Below, one piece after another: positions 18,648-28,238 of a stretch of DNA of 64,000 nucleotides (position 1 is the stretch's first letter; every line of letters starts with the position of its first letter). The notes beneath the pieces were generated by a model. The model worked only from the letters and a program-made list of their open reading frames with translations. It searched no databases and was not told the DNA's origin. The DNA comes from an uncultured Dehalococcoidia bacterium (GTDB taxonomy: Bacteria > Chloroflexota > Dehalococcoidia > Lucifugimonadales > CATOSD01). The position numbers and the translations under genes were made by a program. The stretch spans positions 546,442-610,441 of the forward strand of contig CATOSD010000002.1 in the NCBI GenBank assembly GCA_951812395.1, in the 5' to 3' direction.

Positions 18648-19541
18648 ATGGAACTGAGGGAGCTGAGGAGCTTTTGCTTGGCGGCACAGATGAGAAGCAT
18701 GTCGAAGGCGGCGGAGCGGCTGGACCTGGGCCAGCCGACGGTGACCAGCCACGTGCGCAGGCTGGAGGCGGAGTTGGGCATGACGCTGTTCGACCGTCTG
18801 AAGCGCCCGATCATGCTGACGCTCGCGGGCGAGAAGCTGGCGGAGCTGGCAATGCCGCTGGTGGAGGGGATAGACTCCCTCGCCACGCTCACCTCGACGG
18901 CGGAGTCGGCCGGGCCGGTGTCCATCGCTTCCACGCCCGACATCATCCCGCACACGCTGCTGAGGGTCGTCAGTGCCTACCTCGACCTGTATCCGCACGC
19001 GCACCTGCGCGTGCGGTCTGGCACCAGGCCGGCCGTGCTCCAGATGGTGCGAGACGGCGAGGTGGACATGGGGATCGTGCAGCACGCCGAGAGGAGCGAC
19101 GACCTGGCGTTTGAGGGGCTTTTCGTCTACGAGAACGTGCTGATCGCGCCGAAGGATCATCCGCTGCTCTCAGAGGAACTGGCGTCGCTCGCGCAGCTAG
19201 CGCCGTATCCGCTCATCCTGATGGGTGGAGAGTCGCAGACGAGAGAGTTTCTGGAGAGGGAGCTGACTCGCCGCGCGCTCGACTACGAGGTGTTGCTCGA
19301 GCTGGACAGCATGGACATGATCAAGAAGTACGTGGCGCTCGGCATGGGCGTATCGGTGGGGCCGCGGCTGGCGATCGAGCCGGAGGACGAGCGTGACCTG
19401 GGCGTGATAAGCCTGGCTAACCTGCTGCCCGTCGACCAGGGTGGAATCGTGGCTCTGGAGGGCAAGGCGTTGTCCACACCCGCCAAGAGATTCATCACCA
19501 CGATGAGGAACGAGCTGAGGGTGCATCCGGTGACCCGGTGA
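18648..19541 (+). CDS. LysR-family transcriptional regulator
   Basis: N-terminal wHTH LRELRSFCLAAQMRSMSKAAERLDLGQPTVTSHVRRLEAELGMTLFDR plus a LysR substrate-binding domain. Confidence 0.9.
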   Translation: MELRELRSFCLAAQMRSMSKAAERLDLGQPTVTSHVRRLEAELGMTLFDRLKRPIMLTLAGEKLAELAMPLVEGIDSLATLTSTAESAGPVSIASTPDIIPHTLLRVVSAYLDLYPHAHLRVRSGTRPAVLQMVRDGEVDMGIVQHAERSDDLAFEGLFVYENVLIAPKDHPLLSEELASLAQLAPYPLILMGGESQTREFLERELTRRALDYEVLLELDSMDMIKKYVALGMGVSVGPRLAIEPEDERDLGVISLANLLPVDQGGIVALEGKALSTPAKRFITTMRNELRVHPVTR

Positions 19542-19585
19542 CAATGGTGAGTTTTGAGAGATCAAGACTGTTGCGCCTCGTTCGT

Positions 19586-19621
19586 CACCCCCATCCTAAC
19601 CCCCCTACGAGGGGGAAGGGA
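19586..19621 (+). repeat. REP-like element copy (CACCCCCATCCTAAC + G/C hairpin)
   Basis: cacccccatcctaacccccctacgagggggaaggga, lying between the convergent LysR and sortase gene ends. Confidence 0.75.
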
Positions 19622-19705
19622 TGATTTGAAGGAAACCTACCGCTGTCAGCGGTGGGCCGGTGACCCTGCTGACGCGTACACCGTGCCAAGTTCTGTGAGG
19701 TTGGG

Positions 19706-20734
19706 CTAGTTCAGCTCCGCCTCGGGCCGGAAGCCCACCAGATTGGCCGTAACTACCTGGCGATAGTCGTACATGGGCCGGTTGGCGCAGGTAACGAGAG
19801 TGATGGTCGAGTCGGTGGAGTCGTACAACCGCAGTTCGGAGTGGTGTACGACACGGGACTCGACGACCTGGTACAGATACACACCGCTGTCACTGTCAAC
19901 GTTGACGTAGACGGGATCGCCGTTGGTGAGCAGCCGGGCGATGTCGGGGAGACGCTTGAAAACGTTCCCCTCGCCCGCCACCGGGCTTTCGAGGTGGCCG
20001 AAAAACCAGCCGTTGCCAAGCTCGCCCGGATTTGCCGTGCCTGGTATGTGGCCGACCACCTGGTTCGGCGTCTCGTATCTGCGTCTGTCGCCGAGGTCGA
20101 GCAGGGCCAGCTCGCTGACGTCGGAGTAGACGCCTATGGCCGGAATTGCCAACCTCAGCGCCGGGGCGTTGGACCCCTTCGACATGCTCTCCAACTCGGA
20201 CGCTGGAATGAATCCCTTGGTCGCGCTGGAGTCGAGGGCAGTATACACGTCGGCGCCGGCCCACATCGGCTGATGCCAGTACTTCGGGTGGATCTGTGTC
20301 GTTGGGAACGAGGCGTAGCTGCGCACTCCGGCGAATCCTACGGGCGCGGCGTCGGGCGCGGCGGAAATCTCGGTCTGGATGTCTGACCGAGAGGGCGCGA
20401 CGAAGCTGCCGACCGGCGCAGTCGTGTCAAGGTAGGGATACAGCGGGAGTTGGGTCTGCGGGCGTGGCGGGTCCGGAGCGGTGATGCCGAGGGAACTCTC
20501 CGACTCACTCTCGCTCGCGCGGGCGACGCTTGCGATGATTGGCGGCAGCGAGGGCGGGCCTCCAAACGAAGCGTTGAGGTTGTCCAGTTGGGACGTGGAG
20601 TAAAGCCCCAGGGCGTAGTAGGCGCCGACCGCGGCGAGAAGAAGCGCGCCTACGGCGAGCATTGCAACACCGAGGGCGGTTACGAGCGTGGGCAGGCGGC
20701 GTGGGCGCGGGGAGCCTGGGTTACGTTCTTCCAT
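19706..20734 (-). CDS. sortase-family transpeptidase (class E-like)
   Basis: N-terminal TM anchor, then a C-terminal catalytic TLVTC motif and a preceding His region (VGHIPGT). Confidence 0.75.
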   Translation of the reverse strand: MEERNPGSPRPRRLPTLVTALGVAMLAVGALLLAAVGAYYALGLYSTSQLDNLNASFGGPPSLPPIIASVARASESESESSLGITAPDPPRPQTQLPLYPYLDTTAPVGSFVAPSRSDIQTEISAAPDAAPVGFAGVRSYASFPTTQIHPKYWHQPMWAGADVYTALDSSATKGFIPASELESMSKGSNAPALRLAIPAIGVYSDVSELALLDLGDRRRYETPNQVVGHIPGTANPGELGNGWFFGHLESPVAGEGNVFKRLPDIARLLTNGDPVYVNVDSDSGVYLYQVVESRVVHHSELRLYDSTDSTITLVTCANRPMYDYRQVVTANLVGFRPEAELN

Positions 20735-20822
20735 AGTCGAACCGCTCTAGCCTTCGGCGGCGCATCGCCGCCGAAGGACTGTACAACGTGGGTCCGGTTT
20801 GCCCGCGCTGGGTGTGGGGAGG

Positions 20823-21092
20823 CTATCGCATCCTGGGAGCGTGCATCGCTCCGCTGGCGATAGGCTCGTTGAGGTAAACGTCGCCGTTGCGGATCTTGAT
20901 GTTGAATCCGCAGGTGGGGTTGCTGCACACCCATGCCTTGTAGTGGATGGGCGCTCCCTGGCTTCCAAAGTCACTCAGCGGCAGAAGGCTGCCTTGGCCG
21001 CAGTCCTGGCATTCGGGCCAACCGTTTTGTTCCAACGTTTCATCCTCAACTTTCCGCCTCGTGTCGTAGGCGGCGGCAAGTATACCATCCAA
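20823..21092 (-). CDS. small zinc-ribbon protein, function unknown
   Basis: Two Cys pairs, CQDC and CSNPTC. The start is uncertain; an internal TTG preceded by GAGGAT would give about 68 aa. Confidence 0.4.
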   Translation of the reverse strand: MDGILAAAYDTRRKVEDETLEQNGWPECQDCGQGSLLPLSDFGSQGAPIHYKAWVCSNPTCGFNIKIRNGDVYLNEPIASGAMHAPRMR

Positions 21093-21114
21093 GAGCTGCT
21101 ATTGCCAAGCTCAG

Positions 21115-21143
21115 TTAGACCCCATTAGGCTTTGTGCTACAAT
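21115..21143 (+). promoter_or_regulatory. putative promoter of the molybdoenzyme gene
   Basis: TTAGAC (21115-21120), 17-nt spacer, TGC-TACAAT (extended -10, hexamer 21138-21143), about 40 nt upstream of the ATG at 21183. Confidence 0.45.
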
Positions 21144-21182
21144 GTGGGCACCCAAGCCCGTTCGCCCGGAGGTGATTCCCCA

Positions 21183-23435
21183 ATGACATCCAACATCGTG
21201 CTTTCCAACCAGGAATTCAACGTTGTCGGCAAGCGCCCAATACGACACGACGGTTACGACAAGGTGACCGGCAAAGCGCTGTACGGCGCCGACGTGGACC
21301 TGCCGGGGCTGCTGCATGGCAAGGTGCTGCGAAGCCCCCACGCCCACGCGAAGATTATCAAGATAGACACCAGCCGGGCGCGGGCGCATCCCGAGGTGAG
21401 AGCGGTGGTGACGAGCGCCGATTTGCCCACGCTTCCCAACGGCCCTGTGGCCATGGGGCCGGGCCCGAAGCCGAACGGCAGGGAGCTTAGCAACAACGTT
21501 CTCGCTGGCGAGAAGGCCCTGTACAAGGGGCACGCCGTCGCCGGGCTTGCGGCGACCAGCGCCCATGCCGCGGAGGAGGCGCTCGCGCTCATCGACGTCG
21601 AGTACGAGGTGCTGCCAGCCGTCACGGACGTAGAGGCCGCGATGGCTACCGACGCGCCCCAGCTCCACGAGAAGTACATCGGCAACGTGGCGAGCCACAG
21701 CCAGCTTCAGCAGGGTGACATCGAAGAGGGCTTTCGCAAGGCGGACGTTATCGTCGAGCGGGAGTACCGCACCAAGACAGTCCATCAGGGCTACATCGAG
21801 CCGCACACCGCCACCGCGTGGTGGACCTCGTCGAACAACCGGCTGACCATCTGGTGCAGCTCGCAGGGGCATTTCGCCATCAGGGACCGCACAGCGGGCG
21901 TGCTCGGCATACCCTACTCGGACGTCAAGGTGGTGCCGATGGAGATTGGCGGGGGCTTCGGCGGCAAGACGACAATTTACGTCGAGCCGGTGGCCGCCGT
22001 GCTGTCAAAGCTGTCCGGGCAGCCGGTGAAGGTCACGATGAGCCGGGCGGACGTGCTCGAGGGTTCGGGGCCGACGTCCGGCTCGTACATGAAGGTCAAG
22101 ATGGGCGCCACCAGCGACGGACGGCTGACCGGGGCGCAGGCGGAGCTGATGTACGAGGCCGGCGCATTCCCCGGATCACCCGTGGGTGCGGCCTCCATGT
22201 GCATATTCTCTCCATACAACGTAGACAACATCCTCATCGACGGATTTGACGTCGTTAACAACAAGCCCAAGACCACCGCCTACCGCGCGCCTGGCGCGCC
22301 AGGAGCGGCGTTCGCCGCCGAGACGGTTGTGGACGAGCTTTGCGAGAAGCTGTCCATAGACCCGCTGGAGTTCCGCATCGTCAACGGCGCTAAGGAGGGC
22401 ACGCGGCGGGCCAATGGTCTGGTCAATCCGGTCATCGGTTGCGTCGAGACCGCCCAGGCGGCCAGGGACCACGACCACTACGGCGCCGACCTGTCCGGCC
22501 CGTACCGCGGGCGCGGCGTCGCATCTGGCTTCTGGGTCAACGGCGCAGGCGCTGCCTGCGCCACCGCTAACGTCAATTACAACGGCACGGTCAACCTGAC
22601 CATCGGCTCGGTGGACATCGGCGGCAGCAGACCCGCGTCGGCCCAGCAGTTCGCGGAGGTGCTTGGCATCCCCGTGGAGGACGTGAACCCGCTGGTGGGC
22701 GACACCGACTCGATAGGCTACACCTCGATGACCGGCGGCAGCGGGGTGGCGTTCAAGACGGGGTGGGCGTGCTACGAGGCGGCGATGGACGTGAAGCGCC
22801 AGATGATAGAGCGGGCCGCGCTGCTGTGGGAGACCACACCGGACCAGGTGGACCTGGAGGACGGCGTGTTCAGGCACCAGTCCGACTCCGAGCTCAGCAT
22901 GAACTTCAGCCAGCTCGCCGGGCTGCTGCCGGACACAGGCGGACCTGTTGTAGGCAGCGCGAACCTCGACCCCAAGGGCGCCGGCAGCGCGTTCGCCACG
23001 CACGTGGTGGACGTGGAAGTCGACCCGGACACCGGGAAGGTGACCATACTGCGCTACACCGCGTTGCAGGACGCCGGCAAGGCCGTTCACCCCAGCTACG
23101 TCGAGGGACAGATCCAGGGTGGCGTAGTGCAGGGAATAGGCTGGGCGCTCAACGAAGAGTATTTCATGGGCGACGACGGCCGGATGCAGAACGCGACCTT
23201 CTTGGATTACCGGATGCCGACGTCGCTGGACCTTCCCATGATCGACACCGTTATAGTGGAGGTGGCGAACCCGCTACACCCGTTCGGCGTCAGGGGAGTG
23301 GGCGAGGTGAGCATAGTACCGCCAATGGCGGCCATCGCCAACGCCATCTACCGAGCGACGGGGTCCAGGCTGACCAGCCTGCCGATGAACCCGGCGGCGG
23401 TGCTCGACGCACTGCGCGAGGGGAACGGCTCCTAA
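21183..23435 (+). CDS. xanthine dehydrogenase / aldehyde oxidase family molybdopterin-binding subunit
   Basis: About 750 aa with VGKRPIRHDGYDKVTGKALYGAD at the N-terminus and the typical Mo-hydroxylase large-subunit body. Start placed at 21183 (GGAGGTG RBS), not the track's 21132. Confidence 0.9.
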   Translation: MTSNIVLSNQEFNVVGKRPIRHDGYDKVTGKALYGADVDLPGLLHGKVLRSPHAHAKIIKIDTSRARAHPEVRAVVTSADLPTLPNGPVAMGPGPKPNGRELSNNVLAGEKALYKGHAVAGLAATSAHAAEEALALIDVEYEVLPAVTDVEAAMATDAPQLHEKYIGNVASHSQLQQGDIEEGFRKADVIVEREYRTKTVHQGYIEPHTATAWWTSSNNRLTIWCSSQGHFAIRDRTAGVLGIPYSDVKVVPMEIGGGFGGKTTIYVEPVAAVLSKLSGQPVKVTMSRADVLEGSGPTSGSYMKVKMGATSDGRLTGAQAELMYEAGAFPGSPVGAASMCIFSPYNVDNILIDGFDVVNNKPKTTAYRAPGAPGAAFAAETVVDELCEKLSIDPLEFRIVNGAKEGTRRANGLVNPVIGCVETAQAARDHDHYGADLSGPYRGRGVASGFWVNGAGAACATANVNYNGTVNLTIGSVDIGGSRPASAQQFAEVLGIPVEDVNPLVGDTDSIGYTSMTGGSGVAFKTGWACYEAAMDVKRQMIERAALLWETTPDQVDLEDGVFRHQSDSELSMNFSQLAGLLPDTGGPVVGSANLDPKGAGSAFATHVVDVEVDPDTGKVTILRYTALQDAGKAVHPSYVEGQIQGGVVQGIGWALNEEYFMGDDGRMQNATFLDYRMPTSLDLPMIDTVIVEVANPLHPFGVRGVGEVSIVPPMAAIANAIYRATGSRLTSLPMNPAAVLDALREGNGS

Positions 23436-23463
23436 CGGCACACCGCTTTCCTCCCCTCCATAT

Positions 23464-23504
23464 GTCCCTTCCCCCCTCGCAGTGGGAAGGTTAGGATGGG
23501 GGTG
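23464..23504 (-). repeat. REP-like element copy (reverse orientation)
   Basis: gtcccttcccccctcgcagtgggaaggttaggatgggggtg, lying between the convergent ends of the molybdoenzyme and peptidase genes. Confidence 0.75.
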
Positions 23505-23510
23505 AAGCCC

Positions 23511-25493
23511 TCACTGGGCGGGTTCGACGGTGAGGCGGAAGCTCGCGCGCTGGTGGGTGTGGCGCGTGGACGGCGACACGACTACGATCGCCCGCTCAAT
23601 TCGCGACCCGAAGCCGCTAACCACGGCTTCTCCGGTTCGATCCGCGTCCAACGGCAACTGCCGGACGATGGCCGTGCCCAGCGCCGGAATCTCGACAATC
23701 TGCACCATGTACGACTGTGGCAGGGTGTTGTCGATTAGAGCGAATCCCCGCGCGTCCCACGCGCCTTCCCGCTCGGCGTCGTCATGGTAGCCCAGCTCGG
23801 ATACGCTCAGGTCGTCGATGAGCAGCCCGTCGAGGTATACCGCGTCGTCTGTCACGTACTCGAATCGCACCAGCACATTGCCTCCCGTGTAGGGCGTCAG
23901 GTCCAGCTCTTCCCTGACCCAGCCGGCGCTCGAGCCGGTGTAGCCGGGGCCGTAGCTGTTGCCGACGGGGTCGGTCGAGGTGCTGTGGGCGCCTTTGAGT
24001 ATGGACCACGTTTGCCCACCGTCAGCCGAGACCTGGACGTAGGCGTAGTCCCACCCTTCCTCGATGTCGAACCACGCCCAGAATTCAAGCGTCGCGGATT
24101 CCAGCCCTGTCAGGTCGAACTCCCGCGTAAGCGTCGTGTCCACCGAGTCCCCGCGGTTGCTCCACCAGCAGCGGCTCCCGCTGCGGCAGTCCGTCGCCGT
24201 CTGCCGCACGGTGGGTTGTCCCTCGAACCGTATGCGCGCCGCTCCATCACCGGGACGCAGGTCGAAGTAGCGGGTCGAGAACTGGGCGAGCGTCCCCTCG
24301 CGGTCGCCGAATCCGGAAACGGAGGACACTCTCTGCGTGCGGACGTCGCGGGAGGGGTAGCCGTAGATGCCGTTGTCGTCGAGGTAGTTGGCGACAACCC
24401 AATTTCGGAACACGTCCTCGAAGCGCAGGCCAAACTGGCCCATGTACGCGTCAACGCCCTCCTCGCCGTCCTGGGCAAGCCGGTACATTCGCCCGACGCC
24501 GTGGAATCCGCCGTAGTGGTCGGCCAGGTAGTTGACGAACAGCTCGGCGGCCCCGTAGTGGGGCACGGTGGCTCTCCCTGAGTTGGGCCAGAAGTTTAGC
24601 TGCGTTTCCGGTGACCGAAGAAACCTCTCCACGAACGATGCGGCGTAGCCTGCCTGGTGGGTAGCGTATTCGGCCAGCCCTTCGTTAATCCAGGACTCCT
24701 CGCCGCCGTCCTGGTTCCAGCTCACGGCGTGTTGGAACTCGTGGGTCAGCACACCCATGTACACCTCGGCGCCGGGTTCGATCGACGAGTTCATGTAGAT
24801 CATCTCGCGCTCGTTGCTCCGTGGATGGGTCGCCTTCGTGTACTCGTCGCGCGAACCGAAGTAGCCCGCGGCCGAGACGAGCGGCGTGTGCAGCACCGTA
24901 AAGCGGGGGTCGTTGTCGACGCCGGGGTTCCAGACGTCGCCTGTGGCGTTCGTCAGCAGCGGATGAACCCGCTCCTCGAATTCGGCCGCCGCCCTGGACA
25001 ACGCAACTGTCGGGATGTCGGCGTTGACGTCTACGTACCAGTAGGCGTGTTCGGTCACGACTGCGATGCTGGCCTCGATGGCGTATGAGACTGGCTCGTC
25101 GTCAACTTCGTCGCTTATCCAGAATGTGTCGGTGTGTCCCACTTGCTTAGCCCGCGGCGTGGTCGTCGCGGTTCGCGCCAGTTCGCCCCCGACGTCGGAG
25201 TGCAACCGTGCCGCGAGCTCGTGCAGGTCCCGGTCCGGCGGCTGCACGTGTGGCGGTATCGGCAGCGCCTGCACCGGAGGGCCTGCAGGTGAGGTCGGCC
25301 GTGGCGTTGGCGCCGACGCCTGCGAAGCGGCAGGTGTGTGCGCGGGCGAGGCCGTCCGGGCTTGGGTCGCCGGTTGGTCCGTGGGCTCCGACATTCCGAG
25401 CGAGCAGGCCGCGCCCACGAACACGGCGAGAGCGACGGCACATGCCAGGACGACAGGTGCGCGGTGCGGCCGGGCGCGGGCATTGGCTGTCAC
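23511..25493 (-). CDS. secreted zinc metallopeptidase (HExxH...NEGxAE gluzincin type, immune-inhibitor-A-like architecture)
   Basis: Hydrophobic N-terminal signal, Pro/Ala/Thr-rich linker, THEFQHAVSW..WINEGLAEYA zinc site and a large C-terminal beta-rich domain. Confidence 0.7.
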   Translation of the reverse strand: MTANARARPHRAPVVLACAVALAVFVGAACSLGMSEPTDQPATQARTASPAHTPAASQASAPTPRPTSPAGPPVQALPIPPHVQPPDRDLHELAARLHSDVGGELARTATTTPRAKQVGHTDTFWISDEVDDEPVSYAIEASIAVVTEHAYWYVDVNADIPTVALSRAAAEFEERVHPLLTNATGDVWNPGVDNDPRFTVLHTPLVSAAGYFGSRDEYTKATHPRSNEREMIYMNSSIEPGAEVYMGVLTHEFQHAVSWNQDGGEESWINEGLAEYATHQAGYAASFVERFLRSPETQLNFWPNSGRATVPHYGAAELFVNYLADHYGGFHGVGRMYRLAQDGEEGVDAYMGQFGLRFEDVFRNWVVANYLDDNGIYGYPSRDVRTQRVSSVSGFGDREGTLAQFSTRYFDLRPGDGAARIRFEGQPTVRQTATDCRSGSRCWWSNRGDSVDTTLTREFDLTGLESATLEFWAWFDIEEGWDYAYVQVSADGGQTWSILKGAHSTSTDPVGNSYGPGYTGSSAGWVREELDLTPYTGGNVLVRFEYVTDDAVYLDGLLIDDLSVSELGYHDDAEREGAWDARGFALIDNTLPQSYMVQIVEIPALGTAIVRQLPLDADRTGEAVVSGFGSRIERAIVVVSPSTRHTHQRASFRLTVEPAQ

Positions 25494-25503
25494 TCAGTCC
25501 ACC

Positions 25504-26109
25504 TCAGTTGAAGCGGTTCATTGCAGTGTCGATGCCCTCGGTCAGCAGGCAAGGCAGCAATTCCACTGCCCGCCCCAAGGCGTCGTCGACGGCAGCGAGT
25601 TCACTCCTGGGCAGCCTGCCGAGGACGTGGCCTACACGGTCCGCGCCGCGGGCGGCGTTGCCGACACCTATGCGAAGCCTGGGGAAGTCCTGAGTGCCCA
25701 GTGCGGCAATGATCGACTTAACACCGTTGTGGCCGCCAGCGCTGCCGCTGGGGCGCAGCCTGAGCGTGCCGGGAGGCAGGGCGATGTCGTCGTACACGAC
25801 CAGTAGCGAGGACGGGGGCACCTTGTACCGCGCGAGCAGGTATGTGGCCGCCTGTCCGCTGAGATTGACGTAGGTGCGGGGCTTGGCTAACGCGACCCGG
25901 AGGCCGTCGACGTTGCCCTCGCCGGTGAGCGCGTGGGGGTTGCGCCGCTGGAACTTGATGGAGTGCTCGGACGCCAGGCGGTCCATGTACCAGAACCCGG
26001 CGTTGTGCCGCGTGTTCTCGTACTCTTTGCCCGGATTGCCCAGCCCCATGACGACCGCGGCAGGATCCGGTCCCCGGCTGAAGCGCCGGGCCAGAAAGTC
26101 GCCTACCAA
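25504..26109 (-). CDS. pth: peptidyl-tRNA hydrolase
   Basis: VVMGLGNPGKEYENTRHNAGFW and the HNG..S motif. The track ORF runs to 26181, but a TTG at 26109 gives a Pth-typical length of about 201 aa. Start uncertain. Confidence 0.85.
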   Translation of the reverse strand: MVGDFLARRFSRGPDPAAVVMGLGNPGKEYENTRHNAGFWYMDRLASEHSIKFQRRNPHALTGEGNVDGLRVALAKPRTYVNLSGQAATYLLARYKVPPSSLLVVYDDIALPPGTLRLRPSGSAGGHNGVKSIIAALGTQDFPRLRIGVGNAARGADRVGHVLGRLPRSELAAVDDALGRAVELLPCLLTEGIDTAMNRFN

Positions 26110-26187
26110 TTTGCCGGTTCTTCCTCGAGACGCTGGGCGGGCGTTAGAGGCTCCGCGCCCGGCTCTGCCACGCCACGTCACTCCAGG

Positions 26188-27114
26188 TTACTCCGCCGTG
26201 AAGTCGCCGCTTCTGCCGCCGCTCTTGCTCACGAGGCGAACGCCCTCGATTCGCATTCCGCGGTCCACGGCCTTGCACATGTCGTAGATCGTAAGGGCCG
26301 CGACGCTGACCGCAGTGAGCGCCTCCATTTCGACGCCGGTCTTTGCCGTCGTGCGCGCTGTCGCCTCGATGTTCACGCGGCCCGCATCGGGATCGAACGC
26401 GAACCCGACGTCCACGCCGTCGAGCGGTATGGCGTGGCACAGTGGTATCAGTTGCGGCACCTGCTTGGCGGCCATGATAGCGGCGACCCTGGCGACGCCG
26501 ATCACGTCTCCCTTTTCGAACCCGTTGGATCGGATGAGGTGAAGGGTAGCGTCGGCCATCCGCACGTGACCCCGGGCCACGGCCACGCGCTGCGTCTCCG
26601 GCTTAGCGCCAACATCGACCATGCGCGCCGCGCCTGATTCGTCCAGGTGGGTGAGTCGTGGCTGGGGCGCGGGCGTCGCGGTTGGCGCCGGTGAGGTCTC
26701 TCTGGCTTGCGGGCGGGACATGGCGCCGGCTTGCTTCTTCGCTTCCTTCACCGCCAACCTGTCGGCCTCCTCGTTGTAGCGATTGCCGTCGTGGCCCCGC
26801 ACCCACTGCCATTTTACGTCGTGCCTCGCGACCTCTGCGTCCAGCTTGTCCCACAGGTCCGTGTTGGCCCTGCGCTTCCAGTTGCGGGTCATCGTGTTGA
26901 CTACGTACTGGCTGTCGGAGAATATCCTGACGGACTCGCCCTCCGGGACCGCCTCCAGCCCCTTTATGGTGGCCGTTATCTCCATGCGGTTGTTGGTGGT
27001 GCGTCGCTCTCCGCCGCTGAGTTGGGAGGTGACCGAGCCGTCAATCAAGATCGCGGCCCAGCCGCCGGGGCCGGGATTGTCCAGCGCTGAGCCGTCTGTG
27101 TAGATTTCTATCAA
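26188..27114 (-). CDS. moaC: RNase HI - MoaC (cyclic pyranopterin monophosphate synthase) fusion protein
   Basis: One uninterrupted frame. The RNase H domain has [22 protein letters not shown] and NEEADRLA. A Pro/Ala/Thr linker follows, then MoaC ([50 protein letters not shown]). Start probably the TTG at 27114, because the track's ATG at 27339 overlaps moaA by 173 nt. Confidence 0.75.
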   Translation of the reverse strand: MIEIYTDGSALDNPGPGGWAAILIDGSVTSQLSGGERRTTNNRMEITATIKGLEAVPEGESVRIFSDSQYVVNTMTRNWKRRANTDLWDKLDAEVARHDVKWQWVRGHDGNRYNEEADRLAVKEAKKQAGAMSRPQARETSPAPTATPAPQPRLTHLDESGAARMVDVGAKPETQRVAVARGHVRMADATLHLIRSNGFEKGDVIGVARVAAIMAAKQVPQLIPLCHAIPLDGVDVGFAFDPDAGRVNIEATARTTAKTGVEMEALTAVSVAALTIYDMCKAVDRGMRIEGVRLVSKSGGRSGDFTAE

Positions 27115-27166
27115 TGTGAGACCTGCATCGCCTGAGGGGGATGGGCCCGCTGTCGGGCGCTGCCGC

Positions 27167-28180
27167 CTAGCCGCCAATCTTGTACATTTCCACCTTCTCA
27201 CGGCTGCGCAATGCCTCCGTGAGTGAGGAGCGCTCCTCAGAGTATCGGTCCTCGCGCACGCGCCAGACGCCGCCCGCGAGCGATGCCAGCTCCTCGTCGG
27301 TGGCGCCGTCCCGCAGCGGGCCGCGCAGGTCGGCGCCAACGCTGCCGAAGAGGCAGGTGAACATCTGGCCCTCCGGCGACAACCTGAGCCGCGTGCAGTC
27401 CCCGCAGAACGGCTTGGTGACGGAGGCTATCACGCCGATTTCGCCTTCGCCGTCGGCGTAGCGGTAGCGAGAGGCCACCTCGCCGGTGTAGTTGCTTTCG
27501 ACAGGCACGAGCGGCATTTCAGCGTCTATCAGGGCCACTATCTCGTCCGCGGGCACGACGTCGTCCATGCGCCAGCCGTTGAGCGTGCCAACGTCCATGT
27601 ACTCGATGAAGCGCATTATGTGTCCGCGCTCGCGGAAGTACCGGGCGAGGTCGACGATGGTGTGGTCGTTCACGCCGCGCTGGACTACGCTGTTCACTTT
27701 GATGGGATGGAAGCCCACGCGCTCTGCGGCCTCGATGCCCTCCAGCACGCGGTCGACGCCGAATCCGCGCCCGTTCATGTGGCGGAAAATCTCGTCGTCC
27801 AGCGTGTCGAGGCTCACCGTGACTCTGCCAAGGCCCGCTTCCCTGAGCGCCTGCGCCTTCTGTGGCAGGAGATAGGCGTTGGTCGTCATCGTCAGGTCGT
27901 CCACGCCGTCCACGCGCGCCAGCCGCTCGACGAGATGCTCGACGTCGTTGCGCACCAGTGGCTCGCCGCCGGTAAGCCGCACCTTGCTCGCGCCCAGGCC
28001 GGTGAACACGCGCGTAAGCCGTTCGATTTCTTCGAACGTCAGGAGTTGGGACTTCGGGAGGAACTGGTAGCGTTCACCGTAGATCTCAGCCGGCATACAG
28101 TATGTGCAGCGGAAGTTGCACCTGTCGGTTACGGAGATGCGCAGATCGCGAAACGGGCGCCTGAATTTATCGGTAATCAT
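27167..28180 (-). CDS. moaA: GTP 3',8-cyclase MoaA (radical SAM)
   Basis: [10 protein letters not shown] radical-SAM cluster motif near the N-terminus and a C-terminal CxxC cluster region ([10 protein letters not shown]). Confidence 0.95.
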   Translation of the reverse strand: MITDKFRRPFRDLRISVTDRCNFRCTYCMPAEIYGERYQFLPKSQLLTFEEIERLTRVFTGLGASKVRLTGGEPLVRNDVEHLVERLARVDGVDDLTMTTNAYLLPQKAQALREAGLGRVTVSLDTLDDEIFRHMNGRGFGVDRVLEGIEAAERVGFHPIKVNSVVQRGVNDHTIVDLARYFRERGHIMRFIEYMDVGTLNGWRMDDVVPADEIVALIDAEMPLVPVESNYTGEVASRYRYADGEGEIGVIASVTKPFCGDCTRLRLSPEGQMFTCLFGSVGADLRGPLRDGATDEELASLAGGVWRVREDRYSEERSSLTEALRSREKVEMYKIGG

Positions 28181-28238
28181 GGCCGTATTCTACCAGATTG
28201 TGGCCGGGGCTACGTGTGGGCGCGTCGACGTTCGCTCA

